Source: Botryllus schlosseri (taxonomy: Eukaryota). From it: 64,000 nucleotides of DNA. Below, in pieces: positions 49,955 to 60,069 of this stretch; the stretch's first letter is position 1; the number at the start of each line of letters is the position of its first letter. The stretch is from assembly GCA_051294905.1 (NCBI GenBank), contig CM119378.1, positions 17,980,001-18,044,000 of the forward strand. Reading direction: 5' to 3'. Made by a program: the position numbers and the translations under genes. The notes under the pieces were generated by a model. It searched no databases, was not told the DNA's origin, and saw only the letters and a program-made list of their open reading frames with translations.

Positions 49955-50475
49955 CAGGGTTGTAATGACTCGAGTCGCGATGTTTTGGTGACTCGACTTG
50001 ACTCGATCTTTTTTTCAAATGAGTAAAATGACTCGACTCAAGACAAATTTTGCATTGACTTGACTTGTAGCCTAATCGAGTCATTGTGCATGGCTCGAAC
50101 CAAGCCATATGACTGTACACTAGGACGGCCAAGACAGATATTTCATTGTAACTTTGAATAGTAAAGCAACCAAATTATTGGTATTTCGTTTATCAGTCCT
50201 GATACTTGAAAAATATGGCCAAAGACTGTTAAGACGGAAGAAAATTACGATAGTATGAATGCGAACCATTCTATATCACCCGAGTAGAGTTGAAAAACTC
50301 GGATTGAACTGAAGACTGAACAGTGACTATGGATCGAAATCAAGCCTCTACTAGCTGACTTGGACGCCGACTTGACTGGCTGGTGAATAGAAAATGACTC
50401 GACTTGACTCGAGTCGAAACTATACAAGTGAGATTGACTTCTGACTCGGAACCTTGTCACTTGCTTACAACCCTG
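49955..50475. mobile_element. GACTCGA-family hAT MITE
   Basis: cagggttgtaa ... ttacaaccctg; no TSD visible; duplicated at 57234-57744. Confidence 0.85.
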
Positions 50476-52903
50476 ATGTTATGGTTTCTTTCTCATGGAG
50501 TCCGCAAGGTACACCTAGTGCGAATACGTACGACGTACGTGCTGCAGCAATTAGAGCTTATTGTCTCTGATGATCTGTATAAAAGTGCAGCTAACCAATC
50601 GTCTTGGTGCTCGGCTATACAATACTTATCTCGAGAAGCTGTTGCCTTGGGTGAAGTTCTTCGTACCAGATATATGCTCAATACAATGGTTTATTCGACG
50701 TTGATGCAGTAGTAGCGTATAGAGTCTCAATCACAATAAAGGTAAAGTCTAACACGTGTTACCTACACTTATATAGAAGTCTCGAGTAATCACAAGAAGA
50801 AGTAGTTTCTTATCCGAGACATAGCGGAATATCATGGACGAGTGATCACAGCTGGATAGCTGCAATATTTCTACTTGAAAAAGGAATTAATTAGGACTAA
50901 TTAAGGGAAAAGCCAATTAGATTATACGACCATGAATGACAAAGTCTATTTACTATGTCGAATACAAATTTGGTAGAGAAAGGTCACCCCGTCCCCATTA
51001 AAAAGGAGATCGGATAGTAACAACACGAGTAAAGACTTAATTTCAACGACCATTTAGTAATTACATGAAATGTTGTCAACAACTACAATGAATTAGGCCT
51101 ATACAGTTTCAGCTTTAGTATGAGATTTGCAAGAGTAAGGTTTTATACTGCTTTTCTAATATACAAGTTATCGGAAATCGGAATCACACAAAGCAATTTT
51201 AATCCTAACAAAAAAATAAGCCTAATCAAATACAAATTCATCCACGTGACAGCCCAAATCATCATGAGTGGTACCGCCGCTGTTCACGTGAAGGCAAAAT
51301 TAACTTCAGTCTGTGGCCGGTATAGACACAATAGTGGCCAGTTCGAACATTGCAATATCTCGGTCGATATTGTGACTTAGAGTAACCAACATACTCAAGT
51401 CCGCGTAAACTTCAGTTTCGGGCCGTGGCCCATATGCACCAGTGTGTTCCTGGTCAGTGAAATTCGTACAAAATCTCGATCGATAATGTACATGTGTTTC
51501 CGGCGTACAACTTGTTACTCAACTCATGTGTGCCTGCACTGTCGTGCACGTGCAGGTTTCCTGTGGGGTCTGGCATCGTTTCGGGTTGTAAGAACTGCGT
51601 AATTTTCGTCTGCGGTTCTTGGTTTGTCTGATTGACACAGACTTCAGCGTATAGAGCTCCCTTAGACACTGTGCGGGGTTGAAGATACGACGTGGCTACG
51701 TACGCTTGTTGGCGCTGTCGGGTCTTCCAATGATCGCAGAATTGGGATATCGTCGGCCGGTTAATCGATAATTCGCGGTATATCGTTGTCGTTTCGTCGG
51801 TGGAATATCGGCGAACTGTTGGTGTAGTTGTAGGCCGTTGCTGTGAGACGGCACGAGGTTTCAGAATTGTCCCGAAGTATATTGCCAGGTCGTTGTTGAG
51901 TTGAGCTTGTCGAAATAGCTTCGCACACATGAGTAGAAGATTGGTACGCTGGAACGCGGAAGCGTGGACGACGGACAAGTATATTCGTCAATTCTGTAAA
52001 AACCTCACGACAGCATGACGATGAAAGAGAATATACTAGCACGATTAGAACTAGCACAAAATAACAATACAAGCATGAAATAAAACACAAAGCCTATCAA
52101 TAAGTAACCAGTCTGAGAAGGCGTGTATAAGTAGTACGGTGTTAGCAATATCAGAAACAATTTTAAAAACAATAAGGCACGCTGTTCCCTTACAGCGTTG
52201 CAAGCAAGGGGTCAATCTCTGTCGACTGCGGAAAAAAATGTAGGGAGGACCGCGCGAAAAAATCTTTTGCACGTGGCGAAAGAAAATGCAATATGCACAG
52301 GAAGTCTGGTAACTAGCGAACTCCTAATGTAAGTCCAAACGATGTCTGCGAAATTGCGATCCAAGCAATAAATTCTCGGTGCGGCCGGGTTAATGGTTTG
52401 CGTAATCTTGGCAGCGGATGTGCGATTGATAGGTAATGCTGAGTTTTGTAAAGTGAATTTCAAACAACTCGTCACAAGTCAATCAACTGGCTAGAAATGA
52501 TAAAACAGCGCGTTATGACGTTGTACAGAATTGATATTAATTGAGTCATTATAAGGCTGTTGAAGCACTAAGAAATGTTTCAAACTTGAAAGACACAATA
52601 TAAGCCTGCTCAATGGTTGTTTATTGAAATTTATATCGAAAACTGAAATTTAATGGGCGTTTCAAGGGCTTAATAATGTGGAAATACACGTTTTTCTGAT
52701 AGTCGTCTTTATGCGGAGTAATTATCTCAGCAATTGCAACATGTGGTTGAAGTACGGGATAACGCTCGTAGTTATGCTAAATGTACGCATGCGATGCCGT
52801 GAAATATAAAAGTAGGGTAGCGTTAGAAAGCTATTAATGAAAATAAGCTGAATGATATAAATAATATTAAAAAGCAGACACTAAAGCCAGATCTTGCTAC
52901 AAA

Positions 52904-54031
52904 AAAAATGGTAAAAGTAGTCAAGAAAGTTACTCAGTAGAAGTAGAAGTAGCGACGAAAAAAATCGACCCCAGTATGAGTAGAAGTACTTCTTCCATAA
53001 GCAACCTAAAACTACTTGAAGTAGAAGTAGAATTGACTGACTTTAAATCTACTCAAGTAAGTAAGTAGCTGTGAAAGCGATCGTAATTCGCTTACATGGA
53101 TTCTTAAAAGGTCGAGCTATGTGGAAGGTACCGAGCTTGATTCATATTGATGCATACCAGGAGGTATCCAATTTTTGACAGCATAGGCATTCGTCAGCAT
53201 CATGGGATTGAAATCATAGTATTGATATGGAAATGCGATACTAATCCTATGTTTACTCGAACAGCACGTTTTAGAAAACATCATGGTATGACATTATCCC
53301 CATATTATAAGGCCTGCAGTTTAGTCGAAGAGCAATACGGAGAAGCTGTATTGGATACGCTTTAAACACTTTGTGCGATCCGTGAACGTTAATAAAAAAA
53401 TATAGTGGACCGTAAAAATTCCATATTGTGTAGCTTTATTTCCGGAAATTAAAGGCATTACTACACTTGCTTTACTGCTTCAACATGTATGTTATCCAGA
53501 CAAAAGAACTGATGTTAATTAGAACTCAAAGTATATGATACTGGGGATTGAAAATGAAATATAAATGCTACTTCTAAAAGCGTTTTTAGTCCGGAAAGTT
53601 TCGAAGGTTGGTATGCTAAAACATCTCTAAAACTAAAAAAATCAAAGTCCACTTTTCCAGATTAGAACACGTCGTGGACTGCTAGATTACAATATGATAA
53701 GTAAATGCTAGATTGCGAAACATCCGTTTCAAACGTTATGACGAGCGGGGCGAAGTGCGACAACGCGGTGCTTTACTCAACTTTTATGAAAATTAAGTGT
53801 TGATACTTCGTGAAAACATCCCCGGAATTTCTCAGGCTATCTTCCTGATTGAAGGATTAAACTACTTCTACTTGACAAACTGAAAATAGCGAAAAGTAAG
53901 TAAGTAGATCACAAAGTATTACGAAGTAGAAGTAGCGAAAATCAGATGTACGTGAGTAAGTATCAGAAGTAGAGGAAAACGATTCGAGTAAATCGAAAAA
54001 AGTAGAAGTACTTCGTTACTGACCACCTCTG
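52904..54031. mobile_element. hAT-type MITE (AGTAGA-rich)
   Basis: Right TIR ttactgaccacctctg; left end degenerate; TSD gctacaaa (52896-52903, 54032-54039); agtagaagta repeats at both ends. Confidence 0.7.
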
Positions 54032-54290
54032 GCTACAAAGCACGGCCTCGGTAATTACAAATAGTCCCGAAGGCGTGTCATATTTCAATCTTGCACGCTT
54101 ATACATTAATGTGTAACATGTGGAGCAAATTGTAGAAAATAAAATTCAAACAGCAGGGAGTCATGACCTATTACGTCAGGCCAACAAGCAAACCAGATAG
54201 CGTTTAGGAGTGGCGGAATAGATGCTCTGTGCACAAGGTCTGGCGCGTAATCGAAAACAAATGAAGGATTTATTAGAAATGTAAGTGATT

Positions 54291-54324
54291 ACCCCTGACG
54301 AGTGTCAGCCGAAAATATTCGGGT
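54291..54324 (+). ncRNA. Minimal hammerhead ribozyme motif, family 2
   Basis: accc-CTGACGA-gtgtcagcc-GAA-aatatt-c-gggt: 4-bp stem I, palindromic stem III aatatt, UUC triplet; relatives at about 27182, 48931 and 56955 on minus. Confidence 0.6.
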
Positions 54325-54995
54325 TCATTTCAATATGAATATACTATTTAAATGTAAGTGAGTAATTACAATATCTGTCAAACTCACATTGATCATGGCA
54401 TGATGTTATCATATACAGAGGAGTGAGAGGGCTGTTATGTGTCTGTAAATATATGAAAGCTGAAAGGCCTATGAAATCCCTTTTTGAAATGCCGTCAGAC
54501 TACCATTACTCAATGTGGAGTTACGAATGGGTTCTTTGAATGAAAGATGCGTCATTATGGACGATCGGTAAAAGTACAATATTCGGGCAAATTAGCATAA
54601 TTTCGGTTAGATAATAATGGTGGAACCGAATGATGATTTCAGGCGATTATATGCTGAACAAGAAATTTGTATTGCAAAATTACACTTCCTTGCTAAAGCG
54701 TTACGAAATTTAAGAAACCGTTGTGTTTAGAATCAGCGGAACATGCACGTGGCGATATAATCGAAAGCTGAAAACCACATAGCGTTTTGTGATAAGGTTT
54801 CCGTTAACACATCAAAAATAAATTTCCGAACTAGAGTATTTCGTATTCACGGTCCGTTATTTATGAATCCAAACCAATGTACGCTGTTCAGTTATTATTC
54901 GACTGAACAAGATATGACATATTAATATCGAATTTTACAATAGGTCTAGTGCTGAGATAAGAACATCACGGCCGTAATGTTAATAATATTTAAAG

Positions 54996-56092
54996 TCACC
55001 GATAACACCTTAACTTAGCGGAGGCCATTAAAGCTATGAAGGTTGATAAAAACGCGTTGTAGGCATAAAGGATGCCGCTCGACATTACATTCAATGCATA
55101 TAAATCTGACACGAGACTGCGGTACTGGTCAAAGGTTCTATCGTATAGACACAGGAATGATCGCAAAGAGGCCCGCCTTAGCCCCGGTCCGTTCAATCCG
55201 CAGGTTTGTTCGGACCAGGAAGCGTTATGCTCTGAGCTTCTTCATCCCGCCTCTACACACCCGGGTCGAACGAATGCCAGCCCCCGATTTCTCGCATCTC
55301 AATTCAATATACAATGAGAGTTGCCGTGTAATTGCATAAATCGGTGATATTTTCTCAGTAAATGTGGGACATAATTCCATTCTTAGCGTATGGTAATCCC
55401 ATAAGATATAGTGCTTAACGAATTCAACGATTGTGGGATAAGTTAATTTGATCTGTGCACAAGATAAATCCCATATTAACGAATTCAAGCAAAAGATACC
55501 TAAGACCTGATTCACATTCGACCCTATCTTAGCGTAATATTTTGGTTGGAAATCATAGATTAGTCGTACGGCGAGCGGTATTCAAATGTATTGCGCTCGC
55601 ATATTTATTCCTCTCAGAAAAACCAGCGTCGGCACGCCAGGCAATGGTCTACAGTTCATGTATGCTAGCATGTAATATGTAGTGTGTAATGCGCTTCATT
55701 TTGTTAACAACCAAAGTCATTTGCCTTTGCGCGTCAGTCATATATTGTCTCAGAAAAGCTGAGCTATCATTTACTGACGGCGCGACACAATTTTGAACGG
55801 GAAGGCGATTTGATTCTTGCGGGTCGACGATAGTCGAATTTTTCGCAATGTGCACTGATAGCCCCGGCTGTCCGGAGAAATTGGCCGCGTCATTTTGACC
55901 AATTTTAGCAATTAGATTAACTTTTGCTTCGCCTAAATACGTAGGCTCGTTTATAACAAAGCTGATAGGAAAAGCGTGCCCAATTTTTTCATCGGCAATA
56001 CCGAGTAAAGCAGCTTCGTGCTTAACATCTTTAGCGTGACCGATTTCAGAGTCTAGTACCATCTCAGCTGGTTGCATAGTTTTACCCGCCAT
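54996..56092 (-). pseudogene. Decayed ORF of unknown identity (weakly gag-like)
   Basis: 147-aa ATG ORF (56092-55649), a frameshifted continuation with one TGA (55582-55584) into ORF 55515-55225, and a further fragment 55196-54996. Confidence 0.4.
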
Positions 56093-56684
56093 TTAGACAC
56101 TTTAGTAAACACTTGTCTATGACAAATATCGAATATGTTACGACAAAATAACAAAAACACTTCAAAAATCACTAACACATACACAATTCGATAGGGTCAG
56201 CTGTCATGATCGTTTTCAACAGAAATTGACAATTAAAAACGTGTACCGTGTTCGTCCGTGAAGAATGTCCTTGTCGTCGATAGCAAAAACTTTCTCAGGG
56301 CCCATGCAGCAATTAGAGCTTATTTTCTCTGATGATCTGTATAAAAGTACAGCTAACCAATAGTCTTGGTGCTCGGCTATACAATACTTATCTCGAGAAG
56401 CTGTTGCCTTGGGTGAAGTTCTCTTCGTAACAGATATACTCAATACAATGGTTTATTCAGAACGTTAATGCAGTAGTAGCGTATAGAGTCTCAATCACAT
56501 TAAAGTAAGGTAATCTCTAACACGTGTTACCTACACTTATATAAAAGTCTCGACTCTCGGGTAATCACAACGAGAAGTAGTTTCTTATTCGAGACATAGT
56601 GAAATATCATGGGCGAGTGATCACAGCGTTATCACTGCACCAGCGTTATCTAATACTGACCTTTGCCTTCATATTCAGGTGTAT

Positions 56685-57811
56685 CACGCTTTGGCGTGAG
56701 GCCGCTATCATCGGGTGATGGCGACAGGGGCCTCTTAACCGCTTAGTCTTTCGCCTGGCAGGCATCTTCTCGACTTCGGAGTCGGAGCCACTTGGTGGCG
56801 ATCTCTGAATCCGAGTACGGGAATCTGAACAGAGTATTCATTAATTCTAATGATTCGTTTGGAGCACTTAAATTACAGTCTAGTTGGCAGTAAGTGCTTT
56901 TTGGCGGTACATATCTTCAAGATACAATTGAAAAGTATATTTATATTGAAATGAACGTGAATATTTTCGGCTGACACTCATCAAGGGTAATCGTCAGCAA
57001 CTAGTAGAGAATTGGTAGGAACACTGTATATCAACAATCATATCACAAAACATGACGTCACCAGCATGAAATGTCGAATACGAGAGCGTTCAATGTACTA
57101 ATGTACTACTCCTTTTGTTGACACAGCCTTGGTTGGTGCATTTGATGAAAGTCGACTCCAAGGCACACAAATGAATGTGAAACCGTGAAAGTGTTACTTA
57201 TATCGAGATACCAACAAGTAATACACCGGTATCCAGGGTTGTAATGACTCGAGTCGCGATGTTTTGGTGACTCGACTTGACTCAAGTCTTTTTTTCAAAT
57301 GAGTAAAATGACTCGACTCAAGACAAATTTTGCATTGACTTGACTTGTAGCCTAATCGAGTCATTGTGCATGGCTCGAACCAAGCCATATGACTGGACAC
57401 TAGGACGGCCAAGACAGATATTTCATTGTAACTTCGAATAGTAAAGCAACCAAATTATTGGTATTTCGTTTATCAGTCCTGATACTTGAAAAATATGGCC
57501 AAAGACTGTTAAGACGGAAGAAAATTACGATACTATGAATGCGAACCATTCTATATCACCCGAGTAGAGTTGAAAAAAGTAGGTTGAACCGGATTGAACT
57601 GAAGACTGAACAGTGACCAGAGTGACTATGGCTCGAAATCAAGCCTCTACTAGCTGACTTGGACGCCGACTTGACTGGCTGGTGAATAGAAAATGACTAG
57701 ACTTGACTTGTGACTCGGAATCTTGTCACTTGCTTACAACCCTGATGTTATGGTTTCTTTCTCATGGAGTTCGCAAGGTACACCTAGTGCGAATACGTAC
57801 GACGTACGTGC
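56685..57811. repeat. Duplicated block, copy 2
   Basis: From cacgctttggcg to gacgtacgtgc; holds the empty sites for the copy-1 insertions. Confidence 0.9.
57234..57744. mobile_element. GACTCGA-family hAT MITE (duplicate copy)
   Basis: Same TIRs and flanks as 49955-50475. Confidence 0.85.
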
Positions 57812-57926
57812 CATTCACTGCGACAGAGATAACTTCTTTCGAACAAGTCATGTGTGACCTCAATTTTTCAACTATTTCTATCGATACTATCAATACATGG
57901 TAGAGCGTTTCACCATAAATACGCAT

Positions 57927-58530
57927 TAGGGGTGATCCAAATGACTTTTTTTCTCAGATTATACTGGCTAATTGATAAAACTCTTAGGTCATCTAATTAA
58001 AGGCAGCACACCAAATTTGGTTCAATTCCAACCAGCAGCTGCATTGCTACAGGAGAAGAAAGTTTTTTATTAATTATAAAAAGTAAATATCGAAAAAAAT
58101 TCAAACATTTTCTGTTCACCCCATGAAACTGTTAGGTTGTCTACAGAAACGATGCTCACCAAATTTGGCTCAATTCCAACTTGTGGAAGCGGAGTTATTG
58201 CCGTCGAAAAATTTGGATTTGAATAAAATAGTACCGGTGGCCAGGTTTATTCATATCCAAATTCCCTGACTGCAATAACTCCGCTTCCACTGGTTGGAAT
58301 TCAGCCAAATTTGGCGAGCATCGTTTCTGTAGACAACCCAACAATTTCATGGGGTGAACAGAAAATGTTGAAAAAAAGTTTAGACTTCAATTTTATATAA
58401 TAAATCCAAATCTTTATTCTCTCGAAACAATGCGGCTTCTGGTTGGAATTGAACCAAACTTGGTGTGCAGAGGTTTTTTTAGCCAACCTAACAATTTTGT
58501 CGAGTAGCCAGTACAATTTGAGAAAAAAGT
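57927..58530. repeat. Foldback (long inverted repeat) element
   Basis: Arms 58104-58203 and 58268-58369 are reverse complements; an outer pair lies at about 58008-58040 and 58436-58470; related sequence at about 31050-31120 and 61395-61470. Confidence 0.75.
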
Positions 58531-59236
58531 CGATGATCAACCCGCATCATAGTCACCAGACTTGAACAAACACACAATCTAGTTGGATGACAGCCAACTA
58601 ACTGCTCTCAGAACAACACAGCAACAAAATAACCATATCAATGACAAATTCAACATAGAGTGATTGTTAGGAACAATACCGATGTTCAGACTTTGAGGGC
58701 TATTTTAAGTTTAGTTCCAATACACTGGCCAGATTTCAATTTGTATTCACGACAGTGCGACACTAGCTTTTGGTTAACACTAGTTGTAATAAAATTTAGC
58801 ACTCAGGTCTCCAGCTATAGGACTGTCAACAATGCTGCTTTTGCCCAGGCTCAGCAGTCAACCACATTGTGCGTGCGGGCATGACTGGAGCTGCACATCT
58901 ATACTTACGTTGGTAATCTATACTCCTGGTGTGGGACTCACTTTTTGAAAGCTGTTCGGTTATGCGATTCTTTGCCAACAAAAGACACCGTCTCTTTGTC
59001 TTTTCTTCCTTTGGCCGCGTGGCAGACCCGGCAATCAGGCTATTCTCACACCTGCGAATAACGAAAAATGACTTGTAGTAATTTTCGAAAATAAATTTAG
59101 TAACACATGTTTTGCAACATATTTCATACTTTGAGATGATGCAAACGAACATACCACAAAACAGGCGCGTGGCCAGCCGAGAAAAAGGGGGCGTTTTGAA
59201 GAAAGGGAGGTGTTTCGCAAACACGGTGTTCTAAAT

Positions 59237-59627
59237 CAGTGGTTCTCGACCTTTATGTCATGGTAGACACCTTTTGGACCTCCACATACCCCTCAAGTAT
59301 TCGTTCAAAATTAGCCCAATTGTCGTGCAACCGTTATCTATCTTGCGCAAATATTAACTCTATAGGCTTGTGAGAAACAGCCACAAAATGAATTTTCATG
59401 AAAATAACATCATACTAATTGATGAGTTTGCACAGGATATAGGATGTTTCCTCGGAGAAGGTCATTCAGTTGCTGTGAGTCCTGACGTTTTAGCAGTTTG
59501 AAGCGAAACTGCCTTACGAGTTCCCTAGCTTTGAAAATTACAAATTATGTTGTGAGTCGTGTTGCAAATTTAGAGGCTTCGTCGACCCCCTGAAAATGAT
59601 TTGCAGGCCCAGAGTTGAGAACCACTG
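59237..59627. mobile_element. Charlie-like MITE
   Basis: cagtggttctc / gagaaccactg ends; flanks have a central TA but do not match. Confidence 0.7.
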
Positions 59628-59761
59628 CCCTAGAGAACTAAAAATTGCCCAAAGGTAAAGTAATCTACAATAGTCCTCACCTCTTGTGTTTTTTCCATCT
59701 TGCGGGCATCCAATGCGAGCAGCGGGGGCCCTGCCGTTGAAGATGGCTCTGAGGATAGCGT

Positions 59762-60069
59762 AGATGGGTCTGCAGGCAGCAAAATTGTCTCTGCAGGCCG
59801 AGTAATATGCTCTGCAGGCCGCTTAATATGCTCTGCAGGCCGCGTAATATGCTCTGCAGGCAGCGAAATTGTCTCTGCAGGCAGCGTAATATGCTCTGCA
59901 GGCAGCGAAATTGTCTCTGCAGGCTGCGTAATATGCTCTGCAGGCAGCGAAATTGTCTCTGCAGGCAGCGTAATATGCTCTGCAGGCCACGTAATATGCT
60001 CTGCAGGCAGCGTAATATGCTCTGCAGGCCGTGTAATATGCTCTGCAGGCAGCGTAATATGCTCTGCAG
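59762..60069. repeat. 21-bp two-unit minisatellite, left part
   Basis: Units gcaggccgcgtaatatgctct and gcaggcagcgaaattgtctct, about 14 copies. Confidence 0.95.

Larger units (their letters stand above)
48244..50542. repeat. Duplicated block, copy 1 (with extra insertions)
   Basis: Colinear, highly similar to 56685-57811 once four nested insertions are removed. Confidence 0.9.
50543..56625 (-). mobile_element. LTR-like element, apparently non-autonomous, ~6.1 kb
   Basis: Direct repeats 50543-50850 and 56305-56625, each TG...CA; on minus, tatataa precedes aataaa, and TGG directly follows the 5' repeat; no RT or integrase, no TSD, no PPT seen. Confidence 0.55.

Noticed and set aside
58945-59220. 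CRVC-containing frame resembling a piggyBac C-terminal cysteine-rich domain
   Set aside because: Only one CxxC pair, flanking stops, no TTAA ends or DDD domain; could be chance.
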